Positions 33,802-43,255 of a stretch of 64,000 bases of DNA are shown here, piece after piece (the stretch's first letter is position 1; every line of letters starts with the position of its first letter). The stretch lies in IMG/VR virus record IMGVR_UViG_3300013232_000047, positions 32,001 through 96,000 of that record; one strand, written 5' to 3'. The notes beneath the pieces were generated by a model that saw only the letters and a list, made by a program, of their open reading frames with translations, ran no database searches and was not told where the DNA came from. The DNA is from a virus. A program made the position numbers and the translations under genes.

Positions 33802-33833
33802 CAGAACAGGCGTTTGTATACATACTGTGCGGC

Positions 33834-34133
33834 ATGACTGAAGCCGACCTGAACTACTGGAGAAATTGGAAACCGGATCAAGTAGCCATAGACTTTATGC
33901 TTGGGCTAATCAGCAGCTCAAAAGCGGGATGGAAGATACCCCGTAACGGAACTGTTTACAGATTTGATCGGGAACGAAAAGCCTTTGTGCTCATAGAGGG
34001 CCAGATTGATGGGCTGTTCTATATGAACAAGAAAGTACTGGAAGCAATCGGCTGGACGATCGAGGTAGATCCCCTCGCTGCGTTGTTATCTGTTGGTCAC
34101 GGTAAAACACAAGCGGTTATCACAATAGCATGA
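33834..34133 (+). CDS. Hypothetical protein
   Basis: Promoter TTGACA-17-CATACT at 33798-33826 places the start at ATG 33834. Confidence 0.65.
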   Translation: MTEADLNYWRNWKPDQVAIDFMLGLISSSKAGWKIPRNGTVYRFDRERKAFVLIEGQIDGLFYMNKKVLEAIGWTIEVDPLAALLSVGHGKTQAVITIA

Positions 34134-34348
34134 CCTATCGACTCGTAGACCGTTTCTTTTCACGTCTCTGGCGCAGGACCAAGCGCTATTCTGAAAAGGA
34201 ATTGCGCTGGCAGGCGCGAAAGCACGGTCTCACGCTGCGCCTGAAAGGCGATACGATTGAACTGACACACCCGGCTACCAAGCAGGTTGTGGCTCATTTC
34301 AAAGGTAAAGAAGATTCTGTTCTAGTCCTTCCGTTTGGTACCCGATGA
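34130..34348 (+). CDS. Small hypothetical protein
   Basis: ATGA-coupled on both sides. Confidence 0.6.
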   Translation: MTYRLVDRFFSRLWRRTKRYSEKELRWQARKHGLTLRLKGDTIELTHPATKQVVAHFKGKEDSVLVLPFGTR

Positions 34349-34803
34349 AATTTTTAATTTTAGCCCTATTGATGTTGCTCGACCCTGTGTTGTACGCTCA
34401 GCCCTATCAGGAGAAGGTTGTGGCTGCTGTGCTGGTTGCTGAAGCTTCCAGCGAAGGCGTGCGTGGCATGAAAGCTGTAGCGGAGGTTATCCGGCAGCGA
34501 TCTAGAGACACGAGTAAAACACCTTTGCAGGTTGTGACCAAAGGTAACAGGCAACGACGAGCTTTCAGCTGTTTGAATGGCAAGACTCCTGACAGCCTTT
34601 ACAGGCATTGGTGCCGGGATGAGAACTACGGCAACGCTTTGAAAATAGCTGCTACTCTCGTGCATAATCCACAAAGTCTTGGCAACAGTACCTATCAGGC
34701 TACGCATTATACGCGGAAACGAGAAAAGCCTTACTGGGCTAGAGGCAAGAAGCCTGTGGCTGTGATCGGCCAGCACGCTTTCTACAAGTTGAGCGACTAT
34801 TGA
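34345..34803 (+). CDS. Cell wall hydrolase (SleB/Hydrolase_2 family)
   Basis: Signal helix, AEASSEG..GMKAVAEVI..R, FSC, ATHY, PYWA, IGQHAFY. Confidence 0.88.
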   Translation: MKFLILALLMLLDPVLYAQPYQEKVVAAVLVAEASSEGVRGMKAVAEVIRQRSRDTSKTPLQVVTKGNRQRRAFSCLNGKTPDSLYRHWCRDENYGNALKIAATLVHNPQSLGNSTYQATHYTRKREKPYWARGKKPVAVIGQHAFYKLSDY

Positions 34804-34847
34804 CTTTTAAGGTTGACAGCAGTCGTCAGTGTGTATACATTCTTGGG

Positions 34848-35414
34848 ATGGATAAGATTGAAATTGTGCGCGGTTTGATGATGCCTTTCTACCCCATGCT
34901 ACCTTTGAATGGCCGTTCGATCCGAACTTCCAAGGCTGTCAACGAGCTCTATGCGGAGATTGAAGACGGTGAATGGATTTGCCAGCCGAATGTGAATGGC
35001 GATCGGGCCTGTATAGGCGTGCTCGATAAACAGGTCTATATTCAGGATCATCAAGGTGGATGGTACCCCCATTCGGTTAAAAATGTTTCAGTTTATGCCG
35101 GGCTGCCGAATAGGACGTGTTTGGATGGTGTAGTTTTCGAAGACAACTTTTACCCGTTTGAATGCTTGGCAGTGGGTGGTAACTTGTTTACGTTTTTTAC
35201 CATAGATGAGCGGGAGACAGCGGCTTGTATGCTAATGCGACTTATTAACCAGCCGTGGATTTTTGATACACCTTCTAAAGAATGGCTGCTAAAGCGGCGT
35301 GCTAACTTGCCAAAGTTTGAAGGTGTGATACTGAAGCGATCCAACTCACCTTACGTGTTTCAGAACGGTCCTAACAAATCTAGTCCTGATTGGTTAAAGC
35401 GTAATTGGGATTAG
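34848..35414 (+). CDS. ATP-dependent ligase-like adenylation domain lacking the catalytic Lys
   Basis: QPNVNGDR in motif I, LDG, EGVILK..SPY, WLK; promoter TTGACA-17-TACATT at 34813-34841. Confidence 0.7.
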   Translation: MDKIEIVRGLMMPFYPMLPLNGRSIRTSKAVNELYAEIEDGEWICQPNVNGDRACIGVLDKQVYIQDHQGGWYPHSVKNVSVYAGLPNRTCLDGVVFEDNFYPFECLAVGGNLFTFFTIDERETAACMLMRLINQPWIFDTPSKEWLLKRRANLPKFEGVILKRSNSPYVFQNGPNKSSPDWLKRNWD

Positions 35415-35466
35415 TATGCTTACTTATTTCGTATGGAGTACACCTGTTTTCTGTTCTTTAGGGTGT

Positions 35467-36489
35467 ATGACAAAAGAAGCGCCCGAAGGTCAAACGTATA
35501 CAACTGGATACTACAACAGCAAAAGTTGGCCCATTCAGCTGGTGGTGTCGCGATACAACGTAACACTGTACTTGCCTCCCGGCGAGTTTTTGCGAGATAG
35601 ACAAAAGCGCAAGATTAACGACCCATTTTTCGAGGTCTACGTGAAAGGTGGCACGCTCGCCCGCGAAACTTCTGATAAGCCCGTTCCTATTTTGCATGTG
35701 CCAATCCCAACACCGGTGGTTGGTCCAGCCAACGATGGTCAGTCTGTGCGCTCGGTTACCGAATTTACGACAGATTCCAAAGGTCAAAAGCAGCCAGTCA
35801 TACCGCAGCCTAAACCGTCTACTGAGCAGTCTATCAACAAGCCAGCCTACGTTGGTATGTCCATGGATGAAGCAAAGAAGATGGGTTTGGTGCGTAAGGT
35901 TCGAGAAGTGCCGGAAGATTACGGTGTACCGGACAACAGCTCAGCTACACCGCCTCGTACGCCTCCTCCTCTGCGCATTGCAATGGATACTGACCAGCCT
36001 GCGCGTCCCAGCGCTCCAGTTCTTCCGATTCAGCCTCCACCTCCACCTGCTGCTGTTCCTGTTGCCAAGACTGCTGCACGTAAGCAAATGCAAGAGCAAC
36101 TAAGGAGAGGAGCCGTGGAGACCAAGGAACTGGATAGTGAGACTGGGTTCATGAACGTCGCTATGCAGAACATTCCTGCGGGCGTGGGTTTCGCTCAACC
36201 TGAAATAGCTATGCAAGCTCAAGAGCAGGTGTTTGAAACGGATGCGTTGCCTACTCCAAATATCGGAGCTGACGAGGTTCTTCCAGTTCCGCAGGAAGAT
36301 TCAGATACCGAAGAACAAGCTTCGATTCCTCAGCCAACAGTTAAGCCTGCTCGTGTTCCAGTTCGTGCTAACAAATTTGCTTGTATGGAATGTGGCCAGA
36401 CCTTCAAGTTACGGCCTGAGCTGGTAGGGCACGCTAAACGCGAACACGCGGAACAGATCACCGCGATTCTAGCTCCCTATCCCGGTTAA
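35467..36489 (+). CDS. Pro-rich protein with C-terminal C2H2 zinc finger
   Basis: FACMECGQTF..LVGHAKREH. Confidence 0.7.
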   Translation: MTKEAPEGQTYTTGYYNSKSWPIQLVVSRYNVTLYLPPGEFLRDRQKRKINDPFFEVYVKGGTLARETSDKPVPILHVPIPTPVVGPANDGQSVRSVTEFTTDSKGQKQPVIPQPKPSTEQSINKPAYVGMSMDEAKKMGLVRKVREVPEDYGVPDNSSATPPRTPPPLRIAMDTDQPARPSAPVLPIQPPPPPAAVPVAKTAARKQMQEQLRRGAVETKELDSETGFMNVAMQNIPAGVGFAQPEIAMQAQEQVFETDALPTPNIGADEVLPVPQEDSDTEEQASIPQPTVKPARVPVRANKFACMECGQTFKLRPELVGHAKREHAEQITAILAPYPG

Positions 36490-36540
36490 ACACGTGTAGC
36501 TTTTGTGTTGCTTAATCGGGTGCCTAATGTAAGATAAGAC

Positions 36541-37761
36541 ATGTCTGAAATTTACGGCAGGTTGACGGTACTAGAGCGAAAAGGAAGAAAATGCCGTTGT
36601 GTCTGTGCGTGTGGCAAACAGGTAGATAAGAACTGGTACGACGTCAAGAGGGGCGCGTCGCGCAGCTGCGGATGTCTGCGCGTGGAGGATCTTAAAGAAC
36701 GCACTGTAAAGACAATAGAAACCGGGACTATCTATGGCAGGCTGACGGTTGTTTCTTACGAGGGTAAGCGCTGCAAATGTCAGTGTGCGTGCGGAAATAT
36801 AGTCAAGGTAGCTTCCACAAAACTTCGAACCGGGCACACCCAGAGTTGCGGTTGTTATCAGAAAGATAGAGCGCGGGCAGCGGCGCTTAAAGTTGTGACT
36901 CCCGGCACGTGTTTTGACCGATTGACTGTGCTCAGGCAAGAAGGGGAATACTGTGTTTGCCGTTGTGTCTGTGGGCAGGAGGTACGCGTAGAAACGAAGA
37001 AGCTGCGTATTGGTCACGTGCGCAGCTGCGGTTGTCTACGCGTAACGCAGGCACAGGTGATGACTCAAGCTAAAATGTTGCCAGCCGGGGAAACTGCGTT
37101 CAACAGCCTCTATGCGCAATACCGGGTGCAAGCAAGTTTGAGACAGCATGTCTTTGAACTCACGCCGGACGACTTTAGAGCTCTGACTAAGCAGCCATGC
37201 TACTACTGCGGGGTTGAGCCCGCTCAAATCAAACGTACTCCCGGTTCTGCTGGAAACTATGTCTACAATGGCATTGATCGGCGCGACAACAATCTAGGCT
37301 ACACTGTGCAAAACTGTGTTTCTGCTTGCTGGATGTGCAATGGTGCAAAGTCGGAAAAAAGTGAGAAAGAATTTTTGGAGTGGGTTGTACTTCTGGTAAC
37401 GCCTCAGAAAGATTCACGATCTACACCCGCACAGATGACGGTGCCTTATCGGAATTTGTACCGACGGTACGGGAATACCGCTAAGTCCAAGAATCTGGTA
37501 TTTGAAATCGACCCAGCTCAGTTTCTGGATTTGGTTTCATCTCCTTGCCGGTACTGCGGTAGACCTGCTCATCGTAAAATCTCAGAATCGAAACCAGATT
37601 TGTACACGGGCATAGACAGGCTGGATAATCGTACAGGTTACGTCCTTAAAAATGTGGTACCCTGCTGTTGGGATTGCAATAACGCTAAAGGCTGCGGTAG
37701 CTTGGAGGATCTTAGAGCTTGGGCTGAACGTGTAGTTAAGTGGAAATATGCTTACAAGTAA
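36541..37761 (+). CDS. Homing endonuclease with three N-terminal repeats and two HNH-like domains
   Basis: 3x RLTV..CxCxCG..SCGC; YNGIDRRDNNLGY..CWMCN and YTGIDRLDNRTGY..CWDCN. Confidence 0.88.
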   Translation: MSEIYGRLTVLERKGRKCRCVCACGKQVDKNWYDVKRGASRSCGCLRVEDLKERTVKTIETGTIYGRLTVVSYEGKRCKCQCACGNIVKVASTKLRTGHTQSCGCYQKDRARAAALKVVTPGTCFDRLTVLRQEGEYCVCRCVCGQEVRVETKKLRIGHVRSCGCLRVTQAQVMTQAKMLPAGETAFNSLYAQYRVQASLRQHVFELTPDDFRALTKQPCYYCGVEPAQIKRTPGSAGNYVYNGIDRRDNNLGYTVQNCVSACWMCNGAKSEKSEKEFLEWVVLLVTPQKDSRSTPAQMTVPYRNLYRRYGNTAKSKNLVFEIDPAQFLDLVSSPCRYCGRPAHRKISESKPDLYTGIDRLDNRTGYVLKNVVPCCWDCNNAKGCGSLEDLRAWAERVVKWKYAYK

Positions 37762-38511
37762 TAGCAGTACGCCTGTAAAGACCAGTGCAGACAGCCCTGA
37801 TACGCTGCCTATTAGAGGCTACACTTGCGACCAACTCTCAAATTACATAATACGGCAGCTCGGCGGGCCGGTGTGGAATGTCGAGCTGAGCAAGCAAATG
37901 ATTTTGGACTGTATACAGGATTCATTGGGTTTGTACTCACAGTGGGTGCCTAACCTGAAAGTTGGCAATGTGGTGATGGTTCGCGGCCAGTTCAAATATC
38001 TTCAGGGACAGGACATGGGTCTAGGTATTATTCAAATAGACTTTGTCGAACCTAACCCTGTGCCAACTGAGATTTTTTATATGGGAACCTCATTAACCCG
38101 GCTCCCCTGTTTCGTACTGGATTGGATGAGTACGATACTTTCCTTCGTTGGCGCAAAACTTGGGCACGTGTGACGAGTATACGGCCAGACTGGTTCTACG
38201 ATGAGATGGAACAGGCGCTTTACATCCACAATCCTATCGAGCGCTATCAGGCAGGCATTTACTGTTACTGGCCGCACGAGCGCACAGAGAACTTGACCTA
38301 CACTGGAGCAGATTGGGTGAAGCGCTATGCGACGGCCAAAGCAAGGTTTTTACAGGGTGAACTTTGGTTGAAGTACTCTGGTGCTATTCCCGGCCCGGTT
38401 AAGGATATTCAGCTGGACGTGAGTAAGCGTGACAAAGCCCAAGAGGAAATGAATATGCTGATGGAGCAGCTCAAAGGTATGCAGCGCAGCGTCCCGGCTA
38501 TGATTGACTAG
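37748..38511 (+). CDS. Neck/head-completion protein (T4 gp13-like), split by a frameshift near 38075
   Basis: YIIRQLGGPVWNVEL N-terminus; WVKRYATAKA..GE..KYSG.IPGP C-terminus in the -1 frame. Confidence 0.75.
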
Positions 38512-38520
38512 GCAGCCAAA

Positions 38521-38865
38521 ATGAACTCTTTGGTCCGAAAAGTCATGGGTGAAGCTTACAATTTTCCTGACTATGGTGAGCAGGAAAATCCGGAGCACTG
38601 GGCGGACGTATATCCTCAAGGATTTGTGGCTATTCGTCCGGAGGACCCTACTGATAAAAGAGAGTTTAGATTCGAAGAAGAGCAGTATAAAGGCCGCGTC
38701 TCTCGGGGTTATTACCTCTCAGTGTTTTGGTCTGCTTATGGAAAATCGCGACAGCTCTTGCGAGGGATATGTCATGAGGTTGGATCTCCGGAACAGGCTA
38801 AAAGACTTGTAGCACGCGAGGTTAAGAAACACCAAGATCAAGGCTGGCAGATTAAAATGCTATGA
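38521..38865 (+). CDS. Hypothetical protein with VRKVMGE leader
   Basis: Leader shared with the next two genes. Confidence 0.7.
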   Translation: MNSLVRKVMGEAYNFPDYGEQENPEHWADVYPQGFVAIRPEDPTDKREFRFEEEQYKGRVSRGYYLSVFWSAYGKSRQLLRGICHEVGSPEQAKRLVAREVKKHQDQGWQIKML

Positions 38866-39104
38866 ATCCATTAATTCGACGGATTATAGGCGAAAGTATC
38901 GACGAGAACGCCGTTATAAGAAAACAACGTTCCGAGGATTATTCCGTCTGTCCACATTGTCACAAAGAGATTTACGAGAAAAGCACTTATAGCGAGGACG
39001 GGGGCGCTACAATGCGTCACAACTGCGGCGGCGTTGTTGAGTTCCCGAGTGCCCCACCGCCTAAAGGATTCGTGATTGGAGACACCACGGGTACGTCTCT
39101 ATGA
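38862..39104 (+). CDS. Small zinc-ribbon protein with IRRIIGE leader
   Basis: CPHC..HNC; ATGA coupling. Confidence 0.7.
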   Translation: MNPLIRRIIGESIDENAVIRKQRSEDYSVCPHCHKEIYEKSTYSEDGGATMRHNCGGVVEFPSAPPPKGFVIGDTTGTSL

Positions 39105-39436
39105 ACCCGGTTGTCCGAAAAGTAATCGGTGAAGGTGCAGACGATTTCGATGCCAAGCAATACTTGATGTCCATGCCACAGGAGTATGACGGCTACAAGG
39201 TCCACATCAGTGCCGATCCTATGTTTTGGAATGAAGCTAGCTGGGAACAGTGCCTGCTTTATGCCAAGAAAATGGCAGAGATGCTTACGTATCAGTTTCC
39301 CGGCATTGAAACAGACGTATCTCTTAATCCTAACACTTTTCCAAGCGGCGGAGAAGACGCTGAAGTGCTGGAACTGATAGACAGTTGGATTAATGACCAT
39401 TTTGTTGAGGCAATCCGGGCTGTCGAGGGCAATTAA
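39101..39436 (+). CDS. Hypothetical protein with VRKVIGE leader
   Basis: ATGA coupling; shared leader. Confidence 0.7.
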   Translation: MNPVVRKVIGEGADDFDAKQYLMSMPQEYDGYKVHISADPMFWNEASWEQCLLYAKKMAEMLTYQFPGIETDVSLNPNTFPSGGEDAEVLELIDSWINDHFVEAIRAVEGN

Positions 39437-39454
39437 AAAATCCATTTTTTCTGG

Positions 39455-39483
39455 TTGACGACAATGTTGGCGTAGTCTACATT
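39455..39483 (+). promoter_or_regulatory. Sigma70-type promoter, leaderless
   Basis: TTGACG-17-TACATT, ATG 6 nt downstream. Confidence 0.7.
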
Positions 39484-39489
39484 GTAGCC

Positions 39490-40908
39490 ATGAACTACAT
39501 GCTTTACGAAGCCAACGTCGCTGGACTCATTGCTCGACTTGAAAAATTGAACAAGCGCTGCGCTCGTCTGGGTGTGGCTCCAATCACGTGGACTATCCTC
39601 GGCCACGAAGACGTGCCTGTGGATGGCCAGCCCGGCAGGGTTGAGCGCAGAGTCAGCATTAGCGTGAACGGTGAAACGCCGAAGTTCAATGGTTGGTCTT
39701 TCATTGGCACGCTAAATCATACGGTTGAAGGCAACGTTATTCGCGCCATTCCCGGCGTTGAGGTGCCTGTTCAGCTCCGTAACCGCCAGCCAGTGTGTGA
39801 TCATTGCCAGTGTAACCGGAATCGCCGGGACACCTACATCGTCCGTCACGATGACGGCACCCACAAACAGGTTGGATCGAGCTGCCTCAAAGACTTTCTA
39901 GGTCACACCGATCCATCCAAGCTTGCAGCGGCTGCTGAACTTATTTTGAACGCGTTTGAGGTCTGTTCCTCCCACACCGGTCGTTGTAATGGATCGGTCG
40001 ATACCTACCGTATTGATCTGCCAGAATACCTGAACGCAGTCGCTACTGAAATCTTGCGTTCTGGTAGCTTCATTACGCGTAAGATGGCTAGAGAGAGTGC
40101 TACACCTCTTATACCTACAGCCGATACAGCCATGAACATGTTCAATACCTACCGTTTTCACCCTACCCATTGGACTGCGCAAGCTAAAAAGCTGGCTACA
40201 GACGCTCGTGAGTGGGCTATCAGCAAGTATGCGCCTCACTTGTGTGAAACAGGTAGTGACGCCGATTTCAAATCCGCTCTGCTCAACTTCGTGACGAATC
40301 GCAACGATAGCCTCAGTGACTTCGAGCATAACCTGCTCATTGTAGCTTCTTGCGAAGCCATCGAACCGAGAATGATTGGGGTCGCCGCCTACATCATTGA
40401 GGCTTATCGCCGTGCTCAGCCAAAGGCGCAGGCCACGCAGTTGAACACCGCCGGGCTGAGTGTCATTCTCGGCATGTTCAGTAAGGCCAAGGAAAATTTG
40501 AAGTTCCCGGCTATTCGCCTCATGGACGATAGTCGTAACGAATACCAGCTTTCTCTCGCGGGCGCAGCCAGCAAGAATGCGGGTTGCATTTACGTCAAAG
40601 GTGAGAAAGTAGACAACGATGAAGAGGGTGCCACCCGGCCCTACCTTGGCAAAATTACTCCTCAAGGGCGTTTCTTCCCTGCCCAAGACTGTCCTCGCAA
40701 CGTTGAAAGTGAGCTTCAGAAGTTTGCCGCCGATCCTGAAGGTCTGGCTACTAGATATGGGCGCATGACTGGTTGTTGCTGCTTCTGCGGACGCAAGCTC
40801 ACAGATGCCCGGAGCACCGACGTCGGTTACGGTCCTACGTGTGCCGATAAATTTGGTTTAGACTGGGGTTCTAAGGCTATTGAGGCTCCTGCTGTGGTGG
40901 CTGCCTAA
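39490..40908 (+). CDS. Conserved phage protein with C-terminal DUF6011-like zinc domain
   Basis: CDHC..R.R..QVGSSCLKDF; CCFCGRKLTDARSTDVGYGPTCA. Confidence 0.8.
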   Translation: MNYMLYEANVAGLIARLEKLNKRCARLGVAPITWTILGHEDVPVDGQPGRVERRVSISVNGETPKFNGWSFIGTLNHTVEGNVIRAIPGVEVPVQLRNRQPVCDHCQCNRNRRDTYIVRHDDGTHKQVGSSCLKDFLGHTDPSKLAAAAELILNAFEVCSSHTGRCNGSVDTYRIDLPEYLNAVATEILRSGSFITRKMARESATPLIPTADTAMNMFNTYRFHPTHWTAQAKKLATDAREWAISKYAPHLCETGSDADFKSALLNFVTNRNDSLSDFEHNLLIVASCEAIEPRMIGVAAYIIEAYRRAQPKAQATQLNTAGLSVILGMFSKAKENLKFPAIRLMDDSRNEYQLSLAGAASKNAGCIYVKGEKVDNDEEGATRPYLGKITPQGRFFPAQDCPRNVESELQKFAADPEGLATRYGRMTGCCCFCGRKLTDARSTDVGYGPTCADKFGLDWGSKAIEAPAVVAA

Positions 40909-40916
40909 TTTTGAAG

Positions 40917-40951
40917 TAAGGTGGCTCGCTTAAAGTGAGCCACCTTATTTT
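40917..40951 (+). terminator. Intrinsic terminator
   Basis: TAAGGTGGCTCGC-TTAAA-GTGAGCCACCTTA-TTTT. Confidence 0.75.
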
Positions 40952-40991
40952 CCAGTTGACTGCATCTCAAAACTTGTATACTTTAATTTTT

Positions 40992-41201
40992 ATGATTTAT
41001 CCTGCGTCTAGTACTGTGCGCACCAAGCCTACACCTGTTACTTTCACGCTAGAGTCAGCTCGACGGCTTAAAGCTGTCTACATTGAGGAGTGCAAGACTA
41101 AGACCAAGCATGATTCCTTCTTTTTTGAAGGGGATGAGTACGTGCTAAGCTACACCAAGTACCTCATCGAATATTTAGAAACCTTGTTTGGAAAGTTATG
41201 A
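40992..41201 (+). CDS. Small hypothetical protein
   Basis: Promoter TTGACT-17-TACTTT at 40956-40984; Y.KYLIEYLE motif. Confidence 0.65.
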   Translation: MIYPASSTVRTKPTPVTFTLESARRLKAVYIEECKTKTKHDSFFFEGDEYVLSYTKYLIEYLETLFGKL

Positions 41202-41465
41202 GTCAAGGCACATCTCAAAGCCCTCAAGGTAAGCTATCTTCGGGTCTTTCGAGTCCACGTGTATATGTACGCCTAGTGCTGTAGGTGTACTTTTAGGCGG
41301 TGTAGGCGTCAATTCTCGGCATTCCACTGGGATTCCATTCCATACCAGCGCAACGCTGCGTCGTAATCCCAGAGATACCAACGCTAACGGATCAACGAAT
41401 ATCCGACTTGGCATCCGGTTGTGCTTGGCTCGGAATTGCTCCACCAGTTGGCTTAAAATCTTCAT
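41196..41465 (-). CDS. Small hypothetical protein
   Basis: 89-aa ORF in an intergenic gap. Confidence 0.55.
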   Translation of the reverse strand: MKILSQLVEQFRAKHNRMPSRIFVDPLALVSLGLRRSVALVWNGIPVECRELTPTPPKSTPTALGVHIHVDSKDPKIAYLEGFEMCLDS

Positions 41466-41628
41466 TCAGTTTGGCTTTCAATTTGTCTGCGTGTTCCAGC
41501 AGGCGGTTGGTCAGTTGACGCTGCTCCATAATGACTTCGCAGGCGATTAGAAGCATGTTTGCTTTTTGTCCTGTCACATTTGCAGCAGCTTTTAACGCCA
41601 AGTGTTCTCTTTCAAGTTCAGTTGTCAT
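41392..41628 (-). CDS. Small coiled-coil hypothetical protein
   Basis: MTTELEREH.. portion of the 41392-42102 ORF outside the opposite-strand gene. Confidence 0.45.
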   Translation of the reverse strand: MTTELEREHLALKAAANVTGQKANMLLIACEVIMEQRQLTNRLLEHADKLKAKLNEDFKPTGGAIPSQAQPDAKSDIR

Positions 41629-41653
41629 AAATACTCTGTTCTTAGAGAACACA

Positions 41654-43237
41654 ATGAATTCGGAACACGTGCCAACATTTTCACTGGCGTACACTTCTGT
41701 TCGCCCGGCTTTAATTCCACAAGTGGTTAACCTTTGGACCACCCGCGCTAAGCGTCCGTTTGAGATTGAGTGGGTGATATCTGTAGACGAAGGTGACGCT
41801 GAATCTCTAGCTGCGGCTATGTCCTGTATGCCTTTGGCTGAGCCTCTTGAGCCCAAGTGTGGGGCGGTTAAGGTCCGCATCAATAACGGAGCTAAAACCT
41901 GCGTGGCCGGGTGGAACGTTGCAGCTGAGCATACAACTGGAAAAATCATCATCGCTGTGGCGGATGATTTTAATCCGCCAATAGGCTGGGATGACTTGCT
42001 TCTTTCGGCTGTGCCTCCGAGCAAACAGGATGGGGAATACGTCATCCACGTAAATGACGGATACGTGCAATCTCTCTGCACTTTAGCCATCTTGTCGCGC
42101 AAGCGCTATGATCGGTTTGGTTATCTTTGGTACCCCAAGTACGAGAGTATGTTTGTTGACACAGAATTCGGTGAAGTTGCTGTCAGGGATGGTGTCGTCA
42201 TCGAGGCCATGCATCTTTTATTCGAGCATCTTCACCCGGACTGCGGTAAGCGTCCACGTGACCAGCAGGACATTAAGCATGCTTCTCAGACGCGCTGGCA
42301 GACTGGCGAAACGTTGTTTAATTATCGCCGTGCTATTGGCTTCCCTATTGATGACGGTCCCAAGGCTGTTAGAGCGCCGATCGCATCGCCTAAGCAAGTT
42401 GATACTACTGGTTTTTGTGCCTACATGCAGGTCACGCGTGATGACATATGCCTGTTTGAGGTCTGTAACCGAATGAAGGAGGAAGGTGTTAATGACATCT
42501 TCTGGGCAGAGCCTGACGAATACTGGTCCGGTGAACCTTTGGAACCTAACTGCAAAGATGAGCTGGACGCCGCAGCGGAACAGGTGCGGAAAGTAGGCAT
42601 TAATTTGCGTAGGCGTACTTTCAACGTGAAATCTAACAGGATGCCCGGCGATTCTCGCATTACCGTTGAAACCCGCGTAAGGAACGACAGTTTACGCTGG
42701 ATTCGCAGCGAAGGCTTTAAACATATCTTGATTGTAGACGGTGACGAGCTGTGGAAGCGGGGTACGCTGGCAACTATTAAGCCCTACATTGATCAAGGTC
42801 ATTCAGCTGTGTTGACATACATGATTCCGGTTATTGGACTGCCGGGCTGGCCCGTGGGCGAAGCTGTAGACACTGCTGTCGTGTACATTGGTGGGACTTC
42901 CTTGTTCAAGTGCTGTCGCTCACCTTTGGGGCGTCTCGTTATCGTGCCAGCACCGTTGGTGATTCATTTTACGGGCACTCGTCGCACAATGGAGGACACT
43001 ATTGTAAAGCACACTCGTTCTGGTCACTACGATGATAAGGACTACCTCTTTGATCTCTGGATAAAAGACGTGTTGCCTAACATTAAGCCGAATTGGACAT
43101 ACAAGTGGCCTAACGGCATCGAAGGTCTGCACATGTTTCAGCCAAAACAAATTTGGCCTCGGGTTCGTGAGTGGCTACCTGACGAGCTTGCTGCCATACC
43201 GGATAGTGTTCGAAAATATATTGGAATGACTCCCTGA
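41654..43237 (+). CDS. Two-domain GT-A fold glycosyltransferase
   Basis: CVAGWN..IIIAVADDF, YESMFVDTEF; second domain RNDSL..ILIVDGDELW. Confidence 0.8.
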   Translation: MNSEHVPTFSLAYTSVRPALIPQVVNLWTTRAKRPFEIEWVISVDEGDAESLAAAMSCMPLAEPLEPKCGAVKVRINNGAKTCVAGWNVAAEHTTGKIIIAVADDFNPPIGWDDLLLSAVPPSKQDGEYVIHVNDGYVQSLCTLAILSRKRYDRFGYLWYPKYESMFVDTEFGEVAVRDGVVIEAMHLLFEHLHPDCGKRPRDQQDIKHASQTRWQTGETLFNYRRAIGFPIDDGPKAVRAPIASPKQVDTTGFCAYMQVTRDDICLFEVCNRMKEEGVNDIFWAEPDEYWSGEPLEPNCKDELDAAAEQVRKVGINLRRRTFNVKSNRMPGDSRITVETRVRNDSLRWIRSEGFKHILIVDGDELWKRGTLATIKPYIDQGHSAVLTYMIPVIGLPGWPVGEAVDTAVVYIGGTSLFKCCRSPLGRLVIVPAPLVIHFTGTRRTMEDTIVKHTRSGHYDDKDYLFDLWIKDVLPNIKPNWTYKWPNGIEGLHMFQPKQIWPRVREWLPDELAAIPDSVRKYIGMTP

Positions 43238-43255
43238 AAATAAGTTCTTTATCAC

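Noticed and set aside
40922-40930. Isolated TGGCTCGCT identical to a TIGR repeat
   Set aside because: Part of a terminator stem with no periodic neighbours
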